DNA of 6,734 nt from a virus, in UHGV virus genome UHGV-0318484; one strand, 5' to 3'. The notes under the pieces were generated by a model, which worked only from the letters and a program-made list of their open reading frames with translations, was not told where the DNA came from and made no database searches. Shown here piece by piece: positions 1 to 6,459 of this stretch. Both the position numbers and the translations under genes were made by a program. Each line of letters begins with the position of its first letter. Positions within the stretch are counted from its first letter, which is position 1.

Positions 1-501
1 ATTTCCGCCGCAGGTGAGTCTTGGCGGTAAAAATGTGGCCTGGCTGCACTCTGAAGTCACCGCATGGATGGCCGGGCGCATTGCCGGACGCAAACGGGGG
101 TACGACGCATGATGATGCCTGTTCTGCAAAAACTCCCTTTTTCTGGCTTGCCTTTTTCCGGCATTTGCGGATATAGTTTTTCCGTTGCCGCAAAATCGGC
201 AGCCGGGCGTGAGAACCCGAGTATGTTATCGGCGACATATGACGCGCCATGCGTCTTTTTTTGTGTCGCAATCAACGCCACAGAGCACCAGATTATGGTG
301 TGGCGTGTGGTTTGCCGTGCAGGTATGATCCTGTTCGCAATCGCATGTTATGCCTCTGAGTCAATGGTAGCTCAGGCGGGGCAGCCTCCGGGCTGGCCGG
401 TTTCCGATAACGCCGGTATTCTCACCCCCGTCTGGGCTATCGCCATCGAGCGTGAGAACTCCGGCGATAGCGTCATTTACGCTGTTATCGGAGGTTGCCT
501 T

Positions 502-699
502 ATGGCTACGACCCTTACCCCTTCACACCCTGAATTTGTCTTTGTGTTTGCGGCTGTCCGTCGCGCAGACCGTCATCCCCGTATCTGCATGCTTCGCACC
601 GTCGCCGGTGATGAACGCAGTGCCCGCCGTTCCCTTGTCCGTGACTATGTGCTCTCCCTTGCTGCCCGTCTGCCGGTGGTGGAGGTGTCCCGTGCGTAA
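502..699 (+). CDS. Hypothetical small protein, 65 aa ([65 protein letters not shown]); first gene of a two-gene coupled pair
   Basis: ATG at 502 preceded by GGAGG (490-494) with 7-nt spacing; in frame with the long track ORF 64-699, whose upstream part looks like non-coding read-through. Ends in tandem stops TAATAA (697-702). No recognisable family. Confidence 0.4.
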   Translation: MATTLTPSHPEFVFVFAAVRRADRHPRICMLRTVAGDERSARRSLVRDYVLSLAARLPVVEVSRA

Positions 700-979
700 T
701 AAAAAAGCCCCTCAGACCGTCTCAGCGCGTCATGACGCCCGTGAACACCTCAGCATTGAGGCTTATCATAAGCTCAACCGTGCCAGCGCCGTATCCCAGT
801 TTGTTGGGGGTGATTTGATTCACCGTGAACTCTCCGGCCTGCATCAGCTCTACATTCCGCATATTTTCAGCTACCTGAATGAAGATATTGATTTTGTGCT
901 GAATGAGCTGAAAGCCAAAGGCCTGTGCCGCGATTTTCTCGCCCAGCAGAAAGACCGGGGAGACAGGACGCATGTTTGA
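692..979 (+). CDS. Hypothetical protein, 95 aa, GTG start ([28 protein letters not shown]...[19 protein letters not shown]); second gene of the coupled pair
   Basis: GTG at 692 preceded by GGAGG (681-685) with 6-nt spacing; overlaps the upstream stop by 8 nt, suggesting translational coupling. This is the 3' part of track ORF 452-979, whose 5' part overlaps the better-supported frame of gene 502-699. Followed by an intrinsic terminator. Confidence 0.45.
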   Translation: MRNKKAPQTVSARHDAREHLSIEAYHKLNRASAVSQFVGGDLIHRELSGLHQLYIPHIFSYLNEDIDFVLNELKAKGLCRDFLAQQKDRGDRTHV

Positions 980-986
980 TTTTCCC

Positions 987-997
987 CAGCTCCACCA
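987..997 (+). other. Possible att core: CAGCTCCACCA (CCAGCTCCACCA from 986), identical to the 3' acceptor end of tmRNA (ssrA)
   Basis: A 12-nt identity to the recalled E. coli ssrA 3' terminus, about 185 bp upstream of a P4-type integrase start. P4-family integrases recombine at the 3' ends of tRNA/tmRNA genes. The sequence upstream of 986 is not ssrA, so this is a core copy only. Confidence 0.3.
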
Positions 998-1030
998 CTT
1001 GCTCTTCCGGATACGTCCGGAGAAATCCTA

Positions 1031-1066
1031 AAAGCCCGCATGGCACAAGCTCTGCGGGCTTTTTTG
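1031..1066 (+). terminator. Rho-independent terminator
   Basis: Stem GCCCGCA (1034-1040) pairs with TGCGGGC (1053-1059), extended by flanking A/T pairs, followed by TTTTTT (1060-1065). Lies downstream of the 692-979 gene. Confidence 0.6.
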
Positions 1067-1110
1067 TGTCTACCATTGTCCGAGGATATCCAGCTAAATC
1101 CAGTGATTAT

Positions 1111-1160
1111 TGGTATACGTTTAGGTATACGGTAGGATGTATACCTAAACGCGTATACCA
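1111..1160. promoter_or_regulatory. Imperfect 20-bp inverted repeat with four GTATAC motifs, overlapping the presumed int promoter; candidate Int arm-type sites or operator
   Basis: TGGTATACGTTTAGGTATAC (1111-1130) and GTATACCTAAACGCGTATACCA (1139-1160) are reverse complements apart from a 2-nt insertion. GTATAC occurs at 1113, 1125, 1139 and 1153. The repeat lies 20-70 bp upstream of the int start. Confidence 0.45.
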
Positions 1161-1181
1161 ATTCATGAAGGAGCGGCCACA

Positions 1182-2393
1182 GTGGCAAGAACGACACGCC
1201 CCCTGACCAACACAGAAGTTCTGCGCGCTAAAGCGTTAGAAAAGGATCTAACGTTACATGATGGCGATGGCCTTTTTCTGCTCGTTAAAACGAACGGTAA
1301 GAAGTTGTGGCGTTTCCGTTATCAACGTCCAGCAACAAAACAGCGGACAATGATGGGGCTTGGTGCTTTCCCCGCCCTTTCACTTGCTGATGCTCGAAGG
1401 TTAAGAGCGGATTACCTTGCTTTGTTGGCTAATGGTATAGACCCACAAGTTCAAGCTGAATTTATCGAAGAACAACAACAGATAGCTCTAGACAGTATTT
1501 TTTCGACTGTTGCGACCAACTGGTTCCAGATAAAAAGCAAAAGCGTTACCCCTGATTACGCTAAAGATATATGGCGCTCACTGGAAAAAGACGTATTCCC
1601 TGCCATCGGGGAGATTCCTGTCCAGCAAATAAAAGCCCGAACACTAGTTGAAGCCCTTGAGCCAATCAAAGCTCGTGGAGCACTCGAGACAGTGCGCCGA
1701 CTTGTACAGCGCATTAACGAGATAATGATTTATGCCGTAAACACTGGTCTGATTGATGCCAATCCAGCATCAGGTGTTGGGATGGCCTTTGAAAAGCCCA
1801 GAAAACAAAACATGCCGACGCTGAGGCCAGAAGAATTACCAAAGCTGATGCGTTCTTTGTTCATGTCAAATCTGTCTGTTCCGACTCGCTGTCTCATTGA
1901 ATGGCAGCTTCTGACTCTAGTGCGTCCTGCTGAAGCTTCCGGTGCTCGATGGGCAGAGATCGATCTCGATGCAAAGCTCTGGATGATTCCAGCCGAACGG
2001 ATGAAGGCCAAACGAGAGCACATAGTTCCTTTATCCACGCAGGCATTAGAAATTCTAGAAGTGATGCAACCTATTAGCGCACATCGTGAGCATGTTTTCC
2101 CAAGCAGAAATGACCCTAAACAACCAATGAATAGCCAGACTGCGAATGCCGCGCTTAAGCGCATTGGTTATGGTGGGAAGCTTGTTGCTCATGGATTACG
2201 TTCTATAGCAAGTACAGCACTAAATGAAGCTGGTTTTAATCCGGACGTAATTGAAGCGGCACTTGCTCACAGTGATAAAAATGAAGTTCGAAGAGCATAC
2301 AATCGTTCAACTTACCTTGAACAACGTATAGACTTGATGAATTGGTGGGGTGAATTTGTGCACAACCGCCACCGCCTCATGCAAGCGATTTAA
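1182..2393 (+). CDS. int: P4-family tyrosine integrase (site-specific recombinase), 403 aa, GTG start
   Basis: AAGGAG (1168-1173) 8 nt before GTG at 1182. The N-terminus (LTLHDGDGLFLLVKTNGKKLWRFRYQRP) matches the P4-type integrase N-terminal DNA-binding domain. The C-terminus carries the HGLRSIAST box and a tyrosine in RRAYNRSTYLEQR, consistent with tyrosine recombinase catalytic residues. Tandem stops TAATAA. Confidence 0.92.
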   Translation: MARTTRPLTNTEVLRAKALEKDLTLHDGDGLFLLVKTNGKKLWRFRYQRPATKQRTMMGLGAFPALSLADARRLRADYLALLANGIDPQVQAEFIEEQQQIALDSIFSTVATNWFQIKSKSVTPDYAKDIWRSLEKDVFPAIGEIPVQQIKARTLVEALEPIKARGALETVRRLVQRINEIMIYAVNTGLIDANPASGVGMAFEKPRKQNMPTLRPEELPKLMRSLFMSNLSVPTRCLIEWQLLTLVRPAEASGARWAEIDLDAKLWMIPAERMKAKREHIVPLSTQALEILEVMQPISAHREHVFPSRNDPKQPMNSQTANAALKRIGYGGKLVAHGLRSIASTALNEAGFNPDVIEAALAHSDKNEVRRAYNRSTYLEQRIDLMNWWGEFVHNRHRLMQAI

Positions 2394-2420
2394 TAAGATT
2401 GCACAGCAAAGGAGTCTTAA

Positions 2421-3779
2421 ATGCCAAATAACTACCATCAATACATCGAAGACGTTAGTGATGATATAAAGACATGTCTTGAAGGAATGGGATGCCAACC
2501 CATACTTTTTGTTGGATCGGGATTAACCAAGAGATATCTTTCTGGCCCAAACTGGGAAGAACTTCTTCAGCAACTTGCTAATGAATGTCCTAACATCGAT
2601 AAAAGATTTGCCTATTATAAACAGAAATACCCCGAGTTGATTGATATCGGCAGTGTATTTTCTGATTCTTATAACGAGTGGGCATGGGGTGATGGAGAGA
2701 AAGAATTTCCAGCAGAGTTATTTGATGCAGGCAATGAGCCAAGTATTTATTTTAAATACAAAGTATCTAGTATTTTCAACTCATTGTTACAAGAAAAAGA
2801 AATCGTAAACAACGGTGAAATTGAACTTCTGAGAAAGATTCACCCTCATTCAATCATCACAACAAATTACGACAAATTACTTGAATCGATATATCCTGAG
2901 TTTACCCCCATTATAGGCCAAAAAATCCTTTACGCTAATCACGGTAGCATTGGTGAAATACTTAAAATACATGGTTGCTGCTCCACTCCTGAAAGCATAA
3001 TAATAAACCGCGATGACTACGATGACTTCATAAAGAAGAAGAAATATTTAAGCGCAAAACTGCTTACTTTCTTTGCTGAACACCCTCTTCTATTTATAGG
3101 TTACAGCGCAGAAGACTCGAACATAAAAAACATACTATCTGATATTGATGAACTACTTTCAGAAAATGGAGATGTCATTCCAAATATATACATTTTAGAA
3201 TGGACGAGCAAACAAAATGAAAGTGAATACCCACGCCGTGAACGGCTGATTCAAGTATCTGCAAACAAAAGCATTAGAATAAAAAGTATAGTAGCAAATG
3301 ACTTCTCTTGGGTATTTTCAGCGTTTGGCGCGAACAGAGCACTTGATAACATAAATCCCAAATTATTGAGGGCACTTTTAGCTCGCACTTACGATCTCGT
3401 CAGAACTGATATACCTCGCAATCCTGTCCAAGTTGATTACCGAGTTTTATCAAGCATTAGCGAGTCAGAAGGTGAATTAGCGAAATTATATGGTATCGCC
3501 ACATCGTCAGATGGTATGGCATTTAATGCCAGTTATCCTTTTACTTTAACCACGCTAGGGCAATCACTTGGTTTCAAAGGCTGGCATGATGCGAACAAAC
3601 TATTAGAAGTAGTTAAAAACATCACGAACGTAGACATCAAGACATTCGATAACAAATACCACTATGCAATAATGAACGGTGATGAGATTCAGTCCCATAG
3701 ATATTCAAACTATCTTCGAGAACTCCTCGAAAAGGTTAGGGATGGAGAGGAGTTTGAGTTAGGAATAAAGGCTCCATAA
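2421..3779 (+). CDS. SIR2-like (sirtuin/DHS-like NAD-binding fold) protein, 452 aa, with an unassigned C-terminal domain of about 200 aa; candidate NAD+-depleting anti-phage effector in the P4 int-cos hotspot
   Basis: AAGGAG (2409-2414) 6 nt before ATG; only 27 nt after the int stop. Motifs typical of defence-associated SIR2 domains (as in ThsA, DSR, SIR2-HerA): PILFVGSGLTKRY (Gly-rich NAD loop, aa 27-39), ITTNYD (Asn at about aa 149), KIHGC (His at about aa 184), LLFIGYSAEDSNI (aa 223-235). Markedly AT-rich compared with neighbours. Terminator follows. Confidence 0.85.
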   Translation: MPNNYHQYIEDVSDDIKTCLEGMGCQPILFVGSGLTKRYLSGPNWEELLQQLANECPNIDKRFAYYKQKYPELIDIGSVFSDSYNEWAWGDGEKEFPAELFDAGNEPSIYFKYKVSSIFNSLLQEKEIVNNGEIELLRKIHPHSIITTNYDKLLESIYPEFTPIIGQKILYANHGSIGEILKIHGCCSTPESIIINRDDYDDFIKKKKYLSAKLLTFFAEHPLLFIGYSAEDSNIKNILSDIDELLSENGDVIPNIYILEWTSKQNESEYPRRERLIQVSANKSIRIKSIVANDFSWVFSAFGANRALDNINPKLLRALLARTYDLVRTDIPRNPVQVDYRVLSSISESEGELAKLYGIATSSDGMAFNASYPFTLTTLGQSLGFKGWHDANKLLEVVKNITNVDIKTFDNKYHYAIMNGDEIQSHRYSNYLRELLEKVRDGEEFELGIKAP

Positions 3780-3807
3780 TTATTCATATAGCCTTACTAC
3801 TTTTTAT

Positions 3808-3830
3808 GGCCGCTTTAATAGCGGCTTTTT
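3808..3830 (+). terminator. Rho-independent terminator downstream of the SIR2-like gene
   Basis: Stem GCCGCT (3809-3814) pairs with AGCGGC (3820-3825), loop TTAAT, followed by TTTTT (3826-3830). Confidence 0.55.
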
Positions 3831-3966
3831 CACAGCATTATTCATGCTTCTAGCACGATATGATGAACCGCAATAATCATAGCTAACAGGATTAATTTAA
3901 AGCATTACTCCTCGACTGAAGCGTGCTGTCATGCGAAAAAAATTTAAACTACCACGTTAGCGCGCA

Positions 3967-3985
3967 GTGCTTTCCCCGCCTCGCC
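3967..3985 (-). other. cos site: 19-nt P2/P4 cohesive-end sequence (GGCGAGGCGGGGAAAGCAC on the minus strand)
   Basis: Plus strand reads GTGCTTTCCCCGCCTCGCC, the exact reverse complement of the recalled P2/P4 cohesive end. Position between the accessory region/int and psu matches P4 genome organisation (left end cos-accessory-int; right end sid-delta-psu-cos). Confidence 0.8.
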
Positions 3986-4087
3986 CGCCCGCTTTGCGGG
4001 GCGGTTTTAATGCAGTTGCACTGACACGCTCAGACCGCGCCGGGAATGGTGCGGTCTGCAGAAAATGAGGCAGGAAAACGCATGCAA

Positions 4088-4119
4088 AGCCATGCACCTT
4101 ATCGATGCATGGCTTTTTT
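4088..4119. terminator. Hairpin with flanking T/A tracts between cos and psu; possible bidirectional terminator
   Basis: 9-bp stem AGCCATGCA (4088-4096) pairs with TGCATGGCT (4106-4114), followed by TTTTTT on the plus strand; on the minus strand it is followed by TTTGCATGCGTTTT. Lies just 3' of psu. Confidence 0.5.
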
Positions 4120-4149
4120 CAGTAAAAACGGGCGGATTTTCGGGGAATT

Positions 4150-4722
4150 TTACACAGACTGACGTGATGCCAGTTGCGCACTTTTACGCGAAAAAATCAT
4201 GTTCTGCGCAGGGGTGAATTTTTCACGGCTGTCATCCACCGAAGCCGCGTCAGGCCTGAATCCGATGGCCGTTAAAATGTCGCTATCCTGTGCGGAATAA
4301 TTAATTTTTTCACCCTTCGCAAGCCAGGACAGGAGGGCTTCACGCAGGGCATCTGTGGCACGCTGTATGGCACAGTTTCGGGCAATGGCCGTCAGCTCAC
4401 TGTAGCCCATCAGCTCCGGTGCCAGTGCCGCCGCCAGTGCTGTGCCGTGCTGCTGCATAAAATCATTCAGCCGGTCGCGGATGCTGATGTGCTGAACGGC
4501 TTCATGCGAACGAATATAACGACCGGCGGCCTGATTCACCTGCCATTTTCTGACTTCGATAATATTGCGTAATTCGTCCAAGCGACTGACGTTTCTGCCT
4601 TCTCCTGACAGAAGCCGCAGATATTCCTGTTCGGCCGCAGCCAGCTCATTTTTGCGTTGCAGCCATGCTGCTTTGTTATTCTGACAGGTGTCAAAGGCCT
4701 GCTGTAAGGCTGTGCTTTCCAT
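4150..4722 (-). CDS. psu: Psu, polarity suppression protein (P4 capsid decoration protein and Rho antagonist), 190 aa
   Basis: Length and sequence (MESTALQQAFDTCQNNKAAWLQRKNELAAAEQEYLRLL...SRQSV) match recalled P4 Psu; third gene of the sid-delta-psu late operon reading toward cos. Confidence 0.92.
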   Translation of the reverse strand: MESTALQQAFDTCQNNKAAWLQRKNELAAAEQEYLRLLSGEGRNVSRLDELRNIIEVRKWQVNQAAGRYIRSHEAVQHISIRDRLNDFMQQHGTALAAALAPELMGYSELTAIARNCAIQRATDALREALLSWLAKGEKINYSAQDSDILTAIGFRPDAASVDDSREKFTPAQNMIFSRKSAQLASRQSV

Positions 4723-4795
4723 CGTTATCTCTTTCTCATCATGCTGAAGAATAAAAATACGGTGTGCGGCGACGGCCGGTGTTAACCGGCAGCCC

Positions 4796-5296
4796 TCATT
4801 CCAGACGCAGCGAATATGATTGTGTTTTTAACCGTACTGGCGGCAGTTCCTGTTTTTCATGCAGGCGTTCTGCCAGTTCGTCCGGTGTGACCGGGCGGAC
4901 AATGAAGCGGTTGATGGTCTGAAGCGTTTTAAACACCAGACCACATCCCGGATCCGTGCACACATAAAAACGCTCGGTGACTTCCTGAGACAGACGCCGC
5001 GATGTTCTTGACAGTGCAAGGCCTTTACATCTCCGACAACAATATCCGGTAACAAGCATTCTTTTCGGGCGTTTCATACTACCGGAGGCTGACGTCAGTG
5101 AATCGCGGTATCTCTGTTTGCCTGAAATGTATTCCATTCCTGAATCTTTACAGTCAGAGAAAAAGCTTTCACTCGCTTCAAATGTCGCAGAGCAATAAAT
5201 ATTCCGGCACTGTGCAATCATTATCTTGGTGCCATCGTCCATGAAATGTGCGCGACGGGTGTGAGCAACATGTCCACACGACGGGCAGTAAATCAT
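4796..5296 (-). CDS. delta: Delta, late-gene transcriptional activator (tandem Ogr-like zinc-finger domains), 166 aa
   Basis: Two Ogr-like Cys motifs (CPSCGH...CRNIYC and CCRRC...CTDPGC); length matches P4 Delta. Its start overlaps the sid stop in ATGA (5293-5296). Confidence 0.92.
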   Translation of the reverse strand: MIYCPSCGHVAHTRRAHFMDDGTKIMIAQCRNIYCSATFEASESFFSDCKDSGMEYISGKQRYRDSLTSASGSMKRPKRMLVTGYCCRRCKGLALSRTSRRLSQEVTERFYVCTDPGCGLVFKTLQTINRFIVRPVTPDELAERLHEKQELPPVRLKTQSYSLRLE

Positions 5297-6027
5297 GACA
5301 GCAGTCCTCTGGCCTTAAGCTCTGCTCCCTGCTGGTCTATTTTGTCCTGCCACACCTTGCGCTGTGCCGGTGTGCCTGCCACCTCATAATCCATGTGCGG
5401 GAGTGTTGCCGCTGACAGTCCGGTCAGCCGGAGAACCGGCTCGCCGGTGAGGCTGATTTGCATCTGTTTTATTTTCTGTTCCAGCGATGATTTCACCTGC
5501 TGCATGACAGCCTTTTCCGGCGCGACGTAGCCCTGATGGCCGGTGGTGTTGGCGAGCGGATTTTCCTGTACCAGGATACTCAGATGCATTGCCCGGACAA
5601 GCGCCTCACAGGTTTCATTCAGGGCGTGTTCCAGCTCATGCTCTGCATACAGACTCAGAAGGTGATGATGTGCCTTCCGGTAGGCGGTGGCCGTGCTGTC
5701 ACACGCCCCTTTCAGGCGTTCACGTTCGAAATTCAGCACCACGGCCAGATTGTCATATTCCTGTACCAGCTCCCGGCGTGCCACGCGCTCAATGTGGCGC
5801 TGTTTCAGCTCGTCGCTCAGGACACCACCGGCTGCACGAAAGGCCGTGCGCCAGTCGTCAGCGTCGTTTCCGTCGGCCTGCGCCAGCGCATTTTTTTCCT
5901 GCTCTGCCCGTTCAATGGCCGTGATGGTCTCATCCATCAGGCGGGCGTTCTCAAGATGAGCGGCTCTGGCCTTTTCCAGTTGTGCCAGCGCGGGTTGCAG
6001 ATATTCAGGGATGGTGTTGTCAGACAT
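5293..6027 (-). CDS. sid: Sid, capsid size-determination (external scaffold) protein, 244 aa
   Basis: Sequence MSDNTIPEYLQPALAQLEKARAAHLENARLMDET... matches P4 Sid. Start placed at ATG 6027 (GAGGAG 7 nt upstream) rather than the in-frame GTG at 6045 used by the ORF track. Confidence 0.88.
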   Translation of the reverse strand: MSDNTIPEYLQPALAQLEKARAAHLENARLMDETITAIERAEQEKNALAQADGNDADDWRTAFRAAGGVLSDELKQRHIERVARRELVQEYDNLAVVLNFERERLKGACDSTATAYRKAHHHLLSLYAEHELEHALNETCEALVRAMHLSILVQENPLANTTGHQGYVAPEKAVMQQVKSSLEQKIKQMQISLTGEPVLRLTGLSAATLPHMDYEVAGTPAQRKVWQDKIDQQGAELKARGLLS

Positions 6028-6061
6028 TTTCCGGCTCCTCGTCACTTCAGGTTAAGAAAAT

Positions 6062-6117
6062 TGTGACGTACACCGGACAACAACACGACGCATTGCAGAT
6101 GTGCCAGCCCTGACACA
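6062..6117 (-). promoter_or_regulatory. Psid-type late promoter with two TGT-N12-ACA activator (Delta/Ogr) dyads
   Basis: TGTGCCAGCCCTGACACA (6100-6117) is centred about 81 nt upstream of the sid ATG, consistent with a -55 activator site. A second dyad, TGTGACGTACACCGGACA (6062-6079), is centred 38 bp closer. P2/P4 late promoters are defined by TGT-N12-ACA near -55. Confidence 0.6.
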
Positions 6118-6196
6118 GGAGACTCATCCTCAGACCGGCAAGCCAGGAAAAGGTCGCAGGAAAAACCGGCTTACTGTTTGTTTTTTTATATTTTAC

Positions 6197-6300
6197 TGTT
6201 CACCTCTGTTCACCATAAGAAAAAAGATAAGTAATACAGTAAGTTAAATGGTGAACAATCGCAGTAATGACTGTTCACCGTCTGTTCACCACTGTTCACC
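6197..6300. repeat. Iteron cluster: five direct and one inverted exact copy of TGTTCACC; candidate replication origin (P4 ori/crr-type alpha-binding sites)
   Basis: TGTTCACC at 6197, 6207, 6272, 6283 and 6293; the inverted copy GGTGAACA at 6250; degenerate copies (TGTTTACT, TGTTTGTT) flank. Spacing of 10-11 bp between neighbours. The octamer matches the recalled type I iteron bound by P4 alpha primase-helicase. Confidence 0.7.
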
Positions 6301-6404
6301 CGCTCATGGACTTTTTGTGCTGTTTACTACTGTTTGTTTTTATTAATTCGCCGGGAATGAATAAGAAGAAACGATTTGTATTTCACTATAAAAATTACGA
6401 ATTG

Positions 6405-6434
6405 CTTTAAGTGGCTTTAAATGACTTTAAGTGG
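6405..6434 (+). repeat. Three tandem 10-bp units (CTTTAAGTGG / CTTTAAATGA / CTTTAAGTGG); possible regulator-binding array upstream of the rightward late promoter
   Basis: Direct reading of the sequence; helical-turn periodicity; ends 26 bp before the TGT-N12-ACA at 6460. Confidence 0.3.
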
Positions 6435-6459
6435 GAATGAACAAAAAACACACAGTCAT

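Noticed and set aside
57-281. Minus-strand 74-aa ORF
   Set aside because: No ribosome-binding site, no recognisable protein features and no genomic context; likely spurious.
64-699. Track ORF of 211 aa as a single gene
   Set aside because: The N-terminal two-thirds is low-complexity and has no ribosome-binding site, whereas an internal ATG at 502 has a GGAGG site at ideal spacing; I kept only 502-699. Region 1-500 remains unexplained and may be non-coding.
452-979. Track ORF of 175 aa as a single gene
   Set aside because: Its 5' half overlaps the better-supported frame of 502-699 and reads as low-complexity; a GTG at 692 with a GGAGG site explains the protein-like 3' part.
900-1180. Complete tRNA or tmRNA gene immediately upstream of int
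   Set aside because: Only the terminal 12 nt match ssrA; the preceding sequence has no tRNA-like arms and instead encodes a protein C-terminus and a terminator.
722-1206. Overlapping track ORFs 722-973(-), 867-1076(-), 871-1197(-) and 925-1206(+)
   Set aside because: They lie antisense to or out of frame with the supported gene 692-979 and span the terminator and att/promoter region; the translations look like frame artefacts.
1730-2498. Minus-strand ORFs 1730-2164 and 2307-2498
   Set aside because: Embedded antisense in the integrase gene and in the int/SIR2 junction; Cys/Arg-rich translations typical of antisense frames.
2394-4150. Thoeris (ThsA plus ThsB) or SIR2-HerA operon
   Set aside because: No second ORF fits between int and cos: the region after the SIR2-like gene is under 200 bp of non-coding sequence before cos, and no TIR or HerA motifs are seen on either strand.
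4828-5055. Minus-strand 75-aa ORF inside delta
   Set aside because: Alternative frame within the well-supported delta gene.
6025-6045. GTG at 6045 as the sid start (250-aa track ORF)
   Set aside because: ATG at 6027 has a GAGGAG ribosome-binding site 7 nt upstream (which the GTG-initiated reading would translate through) and gives the expected 244-aa Sid.
5536-6066. Plus-strand ORFs 5536-6066, 5589-5924 and 5687-5959
   Set aside because: Antisense to sid in a GC-rich region; Arg/Pro/Ala-rich translations typical of spurious GC-rich frames.
6197-6300. TGTTCACC repeats as a CRISPR array
   Set aside because: Units are only 8 bp with irregular short spacers, one is inverted, and there are no cas genes; the pattern fits replication iterons.
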